In this document: positions 28,047 through 38,863 of the stretch, piece by piece
Layout: each line of letters starts with the position of its first letter
Numbering within the stretch: the stretch's first letter is position 1
Source of the DNA: Candidatus Altimarinota bacterium
Lineage (GTDB): Bacteria; Patescibacteriota; Gracilibacteria; JBDHUY01
DNA length: 64,000 nucleotides
NCBI GenBank assembly: GCA_039809385.1
Contig: JBDHUY010000002.1
Location: forward strand, 96,001-160,000
Reading direction: 5' to 3'
Position numbers and translations under genes: made by a program
Notes under the pieces: model-generated
What the model was told of the DNA's origin: nothing
Databases searched by the model: none
The model's input: the letters and a program-made list of their open reading frames with translations, nothing else

Positions 28047-31000
28047 TCACGGCGCCACTAACTGGACATTTAGCTTCTTCAGATATTCTTCGATCCCGGG
28101 AGGGGTATCGGAAACGACACGGGCATCGTAATTTACCTGAACGCTGGAGATATTTTTATCGACTGAAGGATCGCCGACATAGGTACGTACTTCCAATAAT
28201 TTATTTTCACCGATCAGCGAACCGTTAATCGTGAGTTGTTTGGCAACTTTGTCGCCGGTAAATGCGTGTCCCTCTCCATCAATGATAAATATACCGTTCA
28301 TCTGGGATACTTTTTCGCCGATATAGAAATCGCCTTTAGCAATAATCCCGAACGAGGCCAAGCGTCCCTGACTATTGCGTGTTGAGGCATACCGGATATC
28401 GCTCAGGATTCTGACATTCCCGTTCACGATAATCGTAGATCGTTCACTCAATCGTTCGTTTTCGCCAAGATCGATTGTCAGGTCTCCGTTCACCGTATAA
28501 ATCCGGGCATTATCAGGACGTTTTCCTAGCATTTCAAAGTCGGACTCGCTCGTAACCGTATTGGTAAAAGATGTTCCGGTGTTGCGGGTAATATTGGTAA
28601 CCGTATCGCTGACATTCGATGCCAGTTTGGTAGTATCGAATCCCAGATATTGGCCTACGGAGCTTAGGTAGGTCGAAACACGATCGATTGCTTGTCCGGG
28701 AGAAATGATCAGACCGGCTATATTGCGGGCGCTGGTGAGATCCGTACCACCGCTCAGGGCATTGCTCGCCGAGGAGAACATCAGGGCCAGATTTTGAACG
28801 TTGACCGATTCGATACCATCGGGACCTCCGACAAAGAGATTTCCCAGATTTCCGGTGGTCAGAACCGGCTTTGAAACCGTTACATTCGCATAATCGTTAT
28901 TCGTTTGTGTCCGGACTTCATTGGTAATATTGATAAAATCGGTATTGGCTCCCAAGGCGTGACCTTCGAACGTAGTGCGGGCAACGCCTTCATAGGTGAA
29001 AACGATTTGTTCTCCCGGATCCAGATTGGCAACGGTGAAAGAAGGAGTAGTCTGTACAGACGAATCAGTAGGATTGGCAACATTGAAACCCGGATGGTAG
29101 GCAAAACAACCGCTGGTTAAAGAACCGTTGACCAGCGCGGAGCCATTGTTTTCACTGATACAGATCTGATCGGGATATTCGATATATCCTTCAGTGCTGA
29201 ACGCATCTTCGACTCCTTGAACCGGATCGTTATTCCGGAATTTTTTCTTCTGGTAAATATAATCCCGTATTTCAATCGGGATCACTTGTTTCCCAGGGAT
29301 GCTGGTACCGGAAAGATTGGATTTATTTGAAATAACCAGACGGTATTGTACACGCTGATTGTCGCCGGCAATAGCCCGGTCGACGGTTTTTTCGACACAA
29401 CCGCAAGCTTGACATATTTTATTCTGTAAACAATCGTTCAACACATTACAGGACCCTTCCATATTGCCATCGGGGCTACAGGAATCGGCGATACGGTCGC
29501 CGTTGCTATCGTTACAGCGGTTCTGAAACACCGATCGCAAACGACAATCTGCGCTGCAACCGTTTCCATCGTCTCGTGTATTGCCGTCGTCGCATTCTTC
29601 CATCTGTCCCTGACTGTTGGGACGTTGCAATCTGCCATCGCCGCAGCGGGTCACCGGACCGCACTGGGAATCGAACTGCGCATTGTCCTGACAGGAGCCG
29701 AAGCTGGAAAAACAACGCCTACCGGTCTGGCGTTCACACTCGGACTGGGAGGTATACTGGTTGCTGCTACACTGCTGGTTTTGGGTACAGTAGTAATAGG
29801 TTTGGGTAAACGGCCGACAATCACTATTAAACGTACACTCGTTCGAACCGGAACCGCTTACCGTCACGCATTGTTCATTGCGACATTCGCGATGCGACTG
29901 TTGGAACTGGCAGTCGGAATTGAATGTACACGAATTCGATCCCGGTCCGCTAATCGTCACACATTGCTCATTGCGACATTCGCGGTGCGATTGCTGAATC
30001 TGGCAATCGCTATTAAACGTACATAGATTAGAACCGGCGCCACTGACCGTGACACACTGTTCATTACGACATTCGCGATGTGATTGTTGTATCTGACAAT
30101 CATTATTGGAAAGACACAGGTTGGCTCCCGCCCCGCTGACCGAAACGCATTGCTGGTTCCGGCATTCCAGATGAGATTGCGTAACCTGGCAGTCGCTGTT
30201 AAACGTACATTGATTACTTCCGGGGCCGTTGACGGTGACACATTGCTGATTTTGACATTCGCGATGGGTCTGGATTTGACAGTCATTATTGGAAGCGCAT
30301 TGATTGGTGCCGGGACCGTTGACGGTAACGCATTGCTGGTTCTGACACTCTCGATGCGTCTGCGGCGCGCAATCGCTGCTGGAAGCACATTGGTTGGTTC
30401 CGGGGCCGTTTACTATGACGCATTGTTGGTTGACGCATTCTTTATGCGTTTGTATCTGACAGTCGCTACTGGTGGCACATTGATTTGTACCCGGACCGTT
30501 TACCAGGACACACTGCTGATTCACACATTCTTTGTGGGTTTGAGGAGTACAATCTCCATCGAATAAACATAAGTTTGATCCTGCGCCATTGACGACCACA
30601 CATTGATAGTTGATACATTCTTTATGGGTCTGAGGAACACAGTCGCCGTCAAAAGCACATTGATTGGAGCCGGGACCGTTACGGACAACGCACTGATAGT
30701 TAACGCATTCTTTATGGGTTTGAGTCTGACAATCCTGGGTAAAAGTGGAGCACGATGGACCGGTGCCATTGGTAGCACACTGGTCAAACGTTCCATCATA
30801 GTTACTGTCCAAGCACTTTTTCTGAGGGGCCGGACAATCTTGAACCGAGGAACAACTGGGTCCGGTTCCGTTGACGCTACATTGATCGAAGGTTCCATCG
30901 TAATTGCTGTCCAAACACTTCTTCTGCTGGATCGGACAATCGTTGACGCTATTACACGAAGGTCCCGTACCATTGGTCGAACACTGATCAAAAGTTCCGT

Positions 31001-32114
31001 CATAATTGCTGTCAAGACACTTTTTCTGCGGAGTCGGGCAATCCTGGACCGAAGAACAACTGGGCCCGGTTCCGTTCACGCTACACTGATCGAAGGTTCC
31101 ATCGTAATTGCTGTCCAAACACTTCTTCTGCTGGATCGGACAGTCATTGACGCTATTACAGGAAGGTCCAGTTCCGTTGGTCGAGCAGGCATCGAATACC
31201 CCGTCATAGTTGCTATCAAAGCATTTCTTTTGAGGTGGCTGCGGACATTGAGAAAGATTATCGCAGGTTTGAGGCAGATTTCCGTTTACCTGACAAGCAT
31301 CAGCGTAGCCGTCACCATTATTATCATGACAGCGCTTCGGAGGTGGGAGGCATTCATTCACATTGTTACATAGTGGTCCGGTTCCACCTGTTGCACACTG
31401 ATCAAAGGCACCATCATAGTTGCTATCAAGGCACCTCTTCTGGGGTGGCTGGGGACATTGGGAAACGTTCTCACATGTTTGAGGAAGGTTTCCATTTACC
31501 TGACAGGCATCAGCGTAACCGTCACCGTTATTGTCGTGACACCGTTTCGGCGGCGCCGGACATTCGGACGGAGCATTCTGGAGACAGGTGGATTGATTAT
31601 TATAACAACTCTTGCCGGGATTAGCCGATTCACAGGCAGCTTTATCCGGATAAGATTGGGCAGTGAGAGGACAAGAATTACTAGTTTGACAGATGTAGAA
31701 TTGTTTCGGCTGGGGAGAAGTTACTGTATCCGTATAGTCGTTCGAAAGAGAAGCATTAAATCCGCAGTTTGAGGTATAGGTTCGTGAACAGGAAAACGAA
31801 GTAGATCCTGATACTCCGGCCGCAGCCGAAAAATCAGCCCTTACATCGAAACTCCCACTAGTTAATGTTCCCGTAAATGTCTGCGAGGTGCAACCGTTGC
31901 CGGAACACGCAATGCCCGAAGATTTAGAAGTAGTGACAGTAATCGAGTAATTTATTGGACAAGTACATGCAGCAGGGTAAATTACGCCACAACCGTGGGA
32001 CCAGCTGGCCGGAGCAGTATATTCTGCGGCTTCGGACAGGGAAGGCGTAAAAAAGGTTATCAAAGCGGTAACGAGCAAACCTGCAAGGCCGATGAAAAAT
32101 ATACGTGCTTTCAT
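28047..32114 (-). CDS. Secreted 1355-aa cysteine-rich repeat surface protein
   Basis: Signal peptide; eight ~33-aa CxDxNxDG repeats, ten ~30-aa HxECxNxQC repeats, a Myxococcus-type CGDG...EECDDGN...GCSADC repeat, a DUF11-like EKTVDR...VQYRLVISN domain, and a C-terminal beta-rich domain ending YDARV...PPG. Confidence 0.88.
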   Translation of the reverse strand: MKARIFFIGLAGLLVTALITFFTPSLSEAAEYTAPASWSHGCGVIYPAACTCPINYSITVTTSKSSGIACSGNGCTSQTFTGTLTSGSFDVRADFSAAAGVSGSTSFSCSRTYTSNCGFNASLSNDYTDTVTSPQPKQFYICQTSNSCPLTAQSYPDKAACESANPGKSCYNNQSTCLQNAPSECPAPPKRCHDNNGDGYADACQVNGNLPQTCENVSQCPQPPQKRCLDSNYDGAFDQCATGGTGPLCNNVNECLPPPKRCHDNNGDGYADACQVNGNLPQTCDNLSQCPQPPQKKCFDSNYDGVFDACSTNGTGPSCNSVNDCPIQQKKCLDSNYDGTFDQCSVNGTGPSCSSVQDCPTPQKKCLDSNYDGTFDQCSTNGTGPSCNSVNDCPIQQKKCLDSNYDGTFDQCSVNGTGPSCSSVQDCPAPQKKCLDSNYDGTFDQCATNGTGPSCSTFTQDCQTQTHKECVNYQCVVRNGPGSNQCAFDGDCVPQTHKECINYQCVVVNGAGSNLCLFDGDCTPQTHKECVNQQCVLVNGPGTNQCATSSDCQIQTHKECVNQQCVIVNGPGTNQCASSSDCAPQTHRECQNQQCVTVNGPGTNQCASNNDCQIQTHRECQNQQCVTVNGPGSNQCTFNSDCQVTQSHLECRNQQCVSVSGAGANLCLSNNDCQIQQSHRECRNEQCVTVSGAGSNLCTFNSDCQIQQSHRECRNEQCVTISGPGSNSCTFNSDCQFQQSHRECRNEQCVTVSGSGSNECTFNSDCRPFTQTYYYCTQNQQCSSNQYTSQSECERQTGRRCFSSFGSCQDNAQFDSQCGPVTRCGDGRLQRPNSQGQMEECDDGNTRDDGNGCSADCRLRSVFQNRCNDSNGDRIADSCSPDGNMEGSCNVLNDCLQNKICQACGCVEKTVDRAIAGDNQRVQYRLVISNKSNLSGTSIPGKQVIPIEIRDYIYQKKKFRNNDPVQGVEDAFSTEGYIEYPDQICISENNGSALVNGSLTSGCFAYHPGFNVANPTDSSVQTTPSFTVANLDPGEQIVFTYEGVARTTFEGHALGANTDFINITNEVRTQTNNDYANVTVSKPVLTTGNLGNLFVGGPDGIESVNVQNLALMFSSASNALSGGTDLTSARNIAGLIISPGQAIDRVSTYLSSVGQYLGFDTTKLASNVSDTVTNITRNTGTSFTNTVTSESDFEMLGKRPDNARIYTVNGDLTIDLGENERLSERSTIIVNGNVRILSDIRYASTRNSQGRLASFGIIAKGDFYIGEKVSQMNGIFIIDGEGHAFTGDKVAKQLTINGSLIGENKLLEVRTYVGDPSVDKNISSVQVNYDARVVSDTPPGIEEYLKKLNVQLVAP
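29800..31545 (-). repeat. Intragenic tandem repeats (~90-100 bp units) encoding the Cys-rich arrays
   Basis: Near-identical DNA units, e.g. GATCGAAGGTTCCATCGTAATTGCTGTCCAAACACTTCTTCTGCTGGATCGGACA at ~30885 and ~31089. Confidence 0.85.
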
Positions 32115-32123
32115 TCTGATATT

Positions 32124-32345
32124 TTAATAACTATACAGAGAACCGTCTTCGTTTTGTTGAAACTGATCTTTGGGAATTTTTATATTTTCGCCATTGATAT
32201 TTATATTAATAGTCGTTTGAATATTCTGATTGGTAGCCGTAGGTGCCGAAGGCGCTACAGGTTGTGAATTGCTACAAGCCGTCAATGACAATAAAGTCAT
32301 AAAAGATAAAATCATCATAGCCCTCCTGAAAGAATACTCATTCAT
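32124..32345 (-). CDS. Small lipoprotein
   Basis: LTAC lipobox after a hydrophobic stretch; packed tightly (~10-nt gaps) between two large genes. Confidence 0.7.
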   Translation of the reverse strand: MNEYSFRRAMMILSFMTLLSLTACSNSQPVAPSAPTATNQNIQTTINININGENIKIPKDQFQQNEDGSLYSY

Positions 32346-32355
32346 AGATTAATCC

Positions 32356-35300
32356 CTAAAATGTATAATCGATTGGAGTACAAGTCGGACAAGTTTTTAC
32401 TCTCCAGCCAATTCCGAGTTTATACGTTAAGACATATGTTCCCAAGCTACGACGTACAGCCATTGATCCAGATGAACGCCCGCTTATTATACCGGCCTCT
32501 TTCGCATTTAACGGAATAGGAATTTCGATTGGCTCACTTTCCAAAGTAACTCCGGTATTCACGGACGTTCCGTCATTGGCGCAGCGACTGAAAGTGAAAA
32601 AATCTACCAGTGAATTCACTTTAAGATCAAGAGGGACCGTAATAGAATTTCCCTCGGTACTGACACTTACGGCGTCATTACCCTGTCCTTTCTTCAGATC
32701 AATCGGAACATTGATGCGTAATACTTTTCCATTCAGCAGAACGGACTTCATAAGGTTAGAACCTTCTTCAGAACCATCCAGAAGTTGACTGATTTTTATA
32801 GTACTACCCTGGCTATCATCTTTCAGTCCAACGGTAATATCCGGATTTGTCGCGGCAAAGTCTTTCAGAACATTTCGTACCAGGATATATCGCTGGTCAT
32901 TTTGTACTATCTCTTTTTCTCTTAATTGTATGCTATTAGACTCGGAAGGCAATCTATCGGAAGAACTATTGGCTAACAAAAACATACGTCTCCCTACCTC
33001 ATTGGCTTTTTGCTGAGCCGAAGAGTCATTCTGATTCGTGGCCAAATTTTTAAAGTAACGTCGCTCGCTGTTTTTGCCTTTAGGTTCAAAATAGTAATCT
33101 CCGCTTTCATCGACGCCGATAGACCAGGTATTCCTTTTAGTATAATGAGAAAGTCCGGGCATTTTCTTGGTGCCGCGTTTATTATTGTTATTCTTGGCTT
33201 GACGCAGGGTCATAATGTTGACGTTTTGAGCCGGGTCGATTGCTTCTTCCACGCCGGTTCTTTCGAAACGTTCTTTGAAATCCTTATAATCACTCCCCTG
33301 GACCGTCGTATAGAAGCGCGACATGATCTTATACTCTTCGATATCTTTACTACCATTGCCGTTTTCGGGCCAGTACCCCATGTCTCTCAAATAGACCATT
33401 TTTCCACTTTCTTGTCTTCCCTTTAGGCTGTTTCTGAGCATACTTTCTTGCAGTTTTCCATCTTTGACCGCGTAAATACGCGTAAAGCAGGATTCCTGCA
33501 CCAAAGAAAGCATCAATTCGTACAAATCGGGATGATTCTTCAGTGTATTGAAATCTTTTATAGCCTCGGTACCATCGACAAATAAGTTGAACGGTTTCTT
33601 AGCAAGTTCGGCGAGTAAACCGTTCACCAGTGCGGCCTGTTTTTCATTTAATCCGGTCGTAACTTCGCGTACATGCATAAAATTTTCCAAAAAATCCTTC
33701 AGCCGTTCCTGATTATTATTAATGTACGGATCGACTCCTTCAACTAAGAGTCTCCTAATCGACTCCTTGGAAAATTCCCGGAATTCGGCAACCGGCGGAT
33801 TGAGAATGGAATCGAGGTTTTCAGGCAAAGATGCTGAAAAGTTAATATCTACCGTGGTAAACTTCTGCTCTTTGACCGCATCGGCGGAAGATATTTTTTC
33901 GGAACGAACCTGACGCACGACAGTTCCTTTTTTTGGAGCCAAACGCAAAACCGAACCGGCTTCTTCTACTTTCACCGGTTTGTACTTCGGGTCATGCGCA
34001 ACATATAATACAATGACTCGCTTATTCCCTTGTTCAAAATAGATATCCTGTTCGGCAATCAAACCGACCCGTCCCTGAACCGATATTTCGCCTTTGGAAG
34101 AATCGAACTTGGTACGCACGCCATCGGATACGATGTGATACTCGGCATCGGGAAAGGCGAGTTGAAAATTGGTTACGTATTCATCTTGACGGTTGATAAT
34201 ATTTTCCGGATCTTTTGCCAGGCGAATCGATTGAGGCGCCAAATAACGATAGGCATCCCTCTGGACGGTTCGACGTAAATCGTTCAAATCGACACTGTTG
34301 GTATTAAAATTTTCTATTTGATCTTTAATAACCTCGGCAAAGTTGGTAACTTTATTTTGGACCTGTGCGACCTTGACATCCACTCCTTCTGGACCAAAAA
34401 CCGTTCTGCCATCGATCATGAGACCACTTATGCTTTGTCCAAGCGTTAAGGTTTTTTCACCCGTATTACGTTGGATAACTCGTTCTTCTTCGGACCGGGC
34501 GTTTTGAGCATCGAGTTGTCCTTGAAGATCGGAACCAACGCGCTGAAAGACTGCGTTATTATGGGCAAAATCGACGGTCACCTTTTCGATTGTACCGGTC
34601 GACTGTATTTTTATAAAAAAAGTTGGAAAGAACCCACCCAACAATCCCACACCTACTCCAGCCACGGTAGTACCGGTTTTATGGATGGCAAAATGCTGAT
34701 CCGCATACTCTTTTAACGTGACGAGGCTCTGCAAAAAAGCTGCCCGCGCAAACGAAGCCTTTTGAACATTGTTCAACTGCGGACGCACTGGATTTTTGAT
34801 AGGATCAGAAGGCGAAGCTGCGGCTGTGTCCACAGATTTATCCAAACTAACTGCCAATTGCAGAGTAGCAGCCGGGTCTTTCATTTTTACCTTGTCTTTA
34901 TATTTGGTCACTAACTGTTCCAGCGATAGGCCCAAATCTTCTTGTTTCTGGAGCTTCAAAATCTTCAACATATCCCCCAAATGGGAAACATCCATATATT
35001 TCTCGAGATTCCGCACATAACGCTGACCGGCATCATTCCAATCGAAATCGACCATGACGCCGTTATATGCTGCAATGAAGCGAAGCTGCAGATTCTCATT
35101 CCCAATAGGAGGAAATTCGATATAGCCTAATCCGATATCGAATCCTCTATCCTTGAGAAATTTTGGGTTAGGAAAAAATCTGATACCGGCGCTGCCAAAC
35201 GATACTTTATCGAAGTTGTAATTGTTCCCGTTCGGAACAAATGATGTATAAGTCACCCCATCGATAATTTCCTGCTTGGGGACGAATTGAGGAATTTTTT

Positions 35301-36534
35301 CGATCTCTAGGACAAAGGAAGCATAGATTTTAAGTTTATCGTCACGATCAAAGAATTTGAGATTTTTCAGTACCTGCGACAGCTGTTTTCCGGAAATCGG
35401 CTGGGAGGTATCGATCGTCTCCTTGCCGGCTTTGACAGTAGCAGAAGCCAGATTAGGATTGTTTTTGAGATCGGCAAAGGGAAACTCACCTTTCAGGACA
35501 GCTTCAACGCCGTTTATTTCAAATCTGAGGCTTTCGTTGATGGCGGTGCTGGTACCCAGATACATTTGAAGCTGTTCGATCCGTTTACTTTTCTTGGCAT
35601 CGGTCCATTTGTCTTCCTTGGCCACTGCTTCGAGCTCACTCAGAGCCTTGGCATAGAGAGGGGAATTTTTACCTTTCTCCTTAAATTCTTCTTTTTTAGC
35701 CTTTAAAAAGGCAATGATCTTTTGCTCCAATTCAGTACTCTTAGTATCAATTTCTGTCTGGGGTTTTCCTTCCCGTAGCATATTTCTCAGGACCTCGTTT
35801 TTGCTGGCTTCCAAATCAAAATAGCGCTGTTTAAAAGCTCCCAGAACTAAGTCGTTGCGCAAACCTCTCAAATAAAACAGTTTTTGTTCCTTGGTAACTT
35901 TGTTGCCGAACTCCAATTTTCTCTTGGCAGAATTTTTACCTTCCAGGGCAGTCTCGCTCAGATCGAGAGGCAGTCCGGCCACCCCCTGGTTAAAATCAAG
36001 AAAACTGATCAGGTCAGTAAAAAATACGCGTCCTTCTTTAGAATGATATTCTCCGTATTCTTGCTCTGTTTGAGCACTTTCGATCTGGTTGCCGTCTACC
36101 AAGATACGAGTTGCGTTTGGATGAGCCATCACTGCCGGTGCTACGGTTGCTCCCAGGAGCACTGAAGAAACAGCCGTGACGGGAATAGCCTTATTCCTGA
36201 CAAATGACGTAACCGGACGTACGGCTTGTCGGGCCGAAGCGGTCAGGTCGGAAAAATAATCCTCGATCGTGCGCGCGGCTTGTGTATCTTTATCCTTAGG
36301 GCCGGTAAGATATTCAGTTGCTAAACGAAGCGTGCGGGTAACCGGATTATAGGTACTCGAAATACTGTCGGGATCGTTGTATCCTGACAAGAAAGCCAGA
36401 GAAGGGAGCGGCTTATTACGAGTCTCCAACGACTCTGATCCCTGCAGATTGTCCGTACGATCTACGGGATTTAGTGTTTTGACTAATTCATTTCTGGGAA
36501 GCGCATCCTCGAAAGTGGTGTTTTCGGGCGACAT
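32356..36534 (-). CDS. Large hypothetical protein (1392 aa)
   Basis: Long ORF; internal signal-like segment AIPVTAVSSVLLGATVAPAVMA at ~aa 115-137; central hydrophobic GVGVGLLGGFF; C-terminal CPTC. Confidence 0.8.
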   Translation of the reverse strand: MSPENTTFEDALPRNELVKTLNPVDRTDNLQGSESLETRNKPLPSLAFLSGYNDPDSISSTYNPVTRTLRLATEYLTGPKDKDTQAARTIEDYFSDLTASARQAVRPVTSFVRNKAIPVTAVSSVLLGATVAPAVMAHPNATRILVDGNQIESAQTEQEYGEYHSKEGRVFFTDLISFLDFNQGVAGLPLDLSETALEGKNSAKRKLEFGNKVTKEQKLFYLRGLRNDLVLGAFKQRYFDLEASKNEVLRNMLREGKPQTEIDTKSTELEQKIIAFLKAKKEEFKEKGKNSPLYAKALSELEAVAKEDKWTDAKKSKRIEQLQMYLGTSTAINESLRFEINGVEAVLKGEFPFADLKNNPNLASATVKAGKETIDTSQPISGKQLSQVLKNLKFFDRDDKLKIYASFVLEIEKIPQFVPKQEIIDGVTYTSFVPNGNNYNFDKVSFGSAGIRFFPNPKFLKDRGFDIGLGYIEFPPIGNENLQLRFIAAYNGVMVDFDWNDAGQRYVRNLEKYMDVSHLGDMLKILKLQKQEDLGLSLEQLVTKYKDKVKMKDPAATLQLAVSLDKSVDTAAASPSDPIKNPVRPQLNNVQKASFARAAFLQSLVTLKEYADQHFAIHKTGTTVAGVGVGLLGGFFPTFFIKIQSTGTIEKVTVDFAHNNAVFQRVGSDLQGQLDAQNARSEEERVIQRNTGEKTLTLGQSISGLMIDGRTVFGPEGVDVKVAQVQNKVTNFAEVIKDQIENFNTNSVDLNDLRRTVQRDAYRYLAPQSIRLAKDPENIINRQDEYVTNFQLAFPDAEYHIVSDGVRTKFDSSKGEISVQGRVGLIAEQDIYFEQGNKRVIVLYVAHDPKYKPVKVEEAGSVLRLAPKKGTVVRQVRSEKISSADAVKEQKFTTVDINFSASLPENLDSILNPPVAEFREFSKESIRRLLVEGVDPYINNNQERLKDFLENFMHVREVTTGLNEKQAALVNGLLAELAKKPFNLFVDGTEAIKDFNTLKNHPDLYELMLSLVQESCFTRIYAVKDGKLQESMLRNSLKGRQESGKMVYLRDMGYWPENGNGSKDIEEYKIMSRFYTTVQGSDYKDFKERFERTGVEEAIDPAQNVNIMTLRQAKNNNNKRGTKKMPGLSHYTKRNTWSIGVDESGDYYFEPKGKNSERRYFKNLATNQNDSSAQQKANEVGRRMFLLANSSSDRLPSESNSIQLREKEIVQNDQRYILVRNVLKDFAATNPDITVGLKDDSQGSTIKISQLLDGSEEGSNLMKSVLLNGKVLRINVPIDLKKGQGNDAVSVSTEGNSITVPLDLKVNSLVDFFTFSRCANDGTSVNTGVTLESEPIEIPIPLNAKEAGIISGRSSGSMAVRRSLGTYVLTYKLGIGWRVKTCPTCTPIDYTF

Positions 36535-36674
36535 ATTTGAAATATTTTAGAAAGATACGTACCGATTTCAAATTTCAAGATTTCTAAAAATACTATCGAG
36601 AACCTTCGATGTCAAGTCCATATTAGATTCTTTTGACAAAACGAACAAGTTTTTTTCAGATATTTTGTTGAATC

Positions 36675-38759
36675 TTATCTATCAGCTTTTGAACGCAAGA
36701 TAGGCTTTCCAGCACCGTTAAACTCCAGATAATAATCCGTATCATCTTGATTAACTTCGATATCTGTAATAAGCGAGGGATCTCTGCCAGCTGATTGGCG
36801 AACTAACGGACTGTTTTTTATATTAACTGTTTTACCATTATTAACAAATTTTTCTACCTTAATTTCGTTTAATCCGGATGTGAAAGTAATATTTATATTA
36901 TTGTTTGTTGAGGTAAAGATCAATTTTCCATTTTCTTCTTGTACAGAAACATCGAGAAAACGAGTCCATCCCGGCAATCGCAGCGTTCCTGAGAGAACAT
37001 TGTTTCGTTCCACGGCATTCTGATTTGCTTCAAAAAATTGGAGTAACGGATTTTCGTTCAGTTTATACTCAACAGAGCCAATTTTAAGAGACTGCAATTT
37101 GGTACCTTGTTTCTCTTGGCTTATTACCCGATCTAATGTATCCGCCGGTTTCTCTCTGACTCCTTTGAGTGCGGACATAAGAGCCAGAAAGTCACGCATT
37201 ACTCCGCCTCGTTCTCCTTTTAAATCATTGAGGAGCGCCAGATTTCTCACGTATGATTTCCAGTCTATTTTTTCATCTTCCGGAGGAGCATACCGACTGA
37301 TTTGGATCAATTCTTTCATCGTAATCTTATCATTTCTGCCAAAACGAAAGAAGCTGCTACCACTTCCTTTGCGAATCAGATCCTCGGTATCAATTCCCAA
37401 ACGCACACATAAACTGAGAACCTCGCGTTCCAAACTCGGAAGAAGCAGTTCGTTATTCTGATTAAGACTGGCATTATCCTCGCGATTCCCTTGGATAAGG
37501 TTAAAATCTCTGGTTTTTCGTATGTCCCTGGGCAATTCGGCTTTTTCATCCAAAAAGGTTTTGATCGCCTTCTCGGAAACATCATTGCGGGCTATGGCAG
37601 CTTGCGTCAAGAGAGTACGGATTTCGGTATAGCGTTCTTGATTGACATCTTTATACCTACTCAAAAATTCTTGCTGTAACCGATAGGCCGTAACCGGTTC
37701 AACAATCAAATCGTTCAATCGCTTTACCACATCGTAGGGCTTGGGGTCTTTTTCGCCTTTTCCCTTATTTAACTCTTTTTCAAATTCCGTTAGCTGCAGA
37801 ATATCCTGAGTAGCCTTTTTTCCAACTTCGCTTTTTATTTTCTCTAAAGCCTTTAGTACAAAAGCTTGTTTGTCTTTATCCTCTACTTTTACTGTTTGTG
37901 TCTCGGTCAGAGCGCTTATTATAGTATTGATAAGGAGATTCTCTCCTTTCTCATTCTTTTTTATTTCACCGATAAGATAGTCTATGTATTTCTGAAAATC
38001 GCCGGCTTTGCGGTAGTCAAAACTATCGCGGCCTTCGTAGGATCGCAAAAAACCGGCCAGAGTGGTATAGATCGCTCGCAAATTATCGTTGGAAAGAGCC
38101 GGCTGTTCAAGATTCGGAGGAATAGGAATAGGTGTAATAACAACCTTCCCCCTATCAATGGTTATGTCTTGAGGAGAGGTTTGTAGTTCTAACTGTTTAC
38201 TGCGGTTAACAGTGAGCTCCCTACTTTTGGTCTGAGATATTTTCTTAAGCACCACGCGGTAGGAGCCATACTTGTCGGCTTTGGCCGGGTCACCGATAGT
38301 CCAAGTATAATAACCGTTTTCAGGGTCGGATGGATTGTTTATTTTGGTAAGTGCCACGGGACTTCCGCTAAGCAATATTCCTTTGAAATTCGAAATATAT
38401 TGCTTGAGGCGGCTGTCACGATCTTTTTTGAGTTTACGACTGTTCCAGTCACTGCTTTTTTCTTCCGGATCGTTCAGGTAGCTCCATTCGGGACTTGCGG
38501 GATCCTTTCGAAAACTCTGCCACTCCCGGCCAAAGAAGTCATAGACCTGAAGATCGACCTGCGTGATATCATTTGACTTTAAAAGATCCGGGCCGAAGGA
38601 TTGCTCAATTTTTTCGGTCGTTTCGTTTTTCAGATCGATCGGCTGACTTTCAGTGGTACTTTCAGGATCACTTCCATTTTGGTTTGCGAAAGAATTGATT
38701 TTTCTGTGCCAGATCTGAGGACCGCAGCCAAGTGTATGTATTTCAAAGAAAACGGACAT
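36675..38759 (-). CDS. Hypothetical protein (694 aa)
   Basis: Long hydrophilic ORF with no motif I recognise. Confidence 0.75.
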   Translation of the reverse strand: MSVFFEIHTLGCGPQIWHRKINSFANQNGSDPESTTESQPIDLKNETTEKIEQSFGPDLLKSNDITQVDLQVYDFFGREWQSFRKDPASPEWSYLNDPEEKSSDWNSRKLKKDRDSRLKQYISNFKGILLSGSPVALTKINNPSDPENGYYTWTIGDPAKADKYGSYRVVLKKISQTKSRELTVNRSKQLELQTSPQDITIDRGKVVITPIPIPPNLEQPALSNDNLRAIYTTLAGFLRSYEGRDSFDYRKAGDFQKYIDYLIGEIKKNEKGENLLINTIISALTETQTVKVEDKDKQAFVLKALEKIKSEVGKKATQDILQLTEFEKELNKGKGEKDPKPYDVVKRLNDLIVEPVTAYRLQQEFLSRYKDVNQERYTEIRTLLTQAAIARNDVSEKAIKTFLDEKAELPRDIRKTRDFNLIQGNREDNASLNQNNELLLPSLEREVLSLCVRLGIDTEDLIRKGSGSSFFRFGRNDKITMKELIQISRYAPPEDEKIDWKSYVRNLALLNDLKGERGGVMRDFLALMSALKGVREKPADTLDRVISQEKQGTKLQSLKIGSVEYKLNENPLLQFFEANQNAVERNNVLSGTLRLPGWTRFLDVSVQEENGKLIFTSTNNNINITFTSGLNEIKVEKFVNNGKTVNIKNSPLVRQSAGRDPSLITDIEVNQDDTDYYLEFNGAGKPILRSKADR

Positions 38760-38863
38760 TTTGTTTTATTCCAAAATAGAGAATATCGTATTATGATATC
38801 ACACTTCTTTCTTTTACAGCAACCTGAAAATAAGCAATCTTTCAGAAGGATTTATTGAAATGA

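Noticed and set aside
29800-31545. Diversity-generating retroelement TR/VR pair
   Set aside because: Repeats are intragenic tandem units with mostly synonymous differences, and no reverse transcriptase is present in the window.
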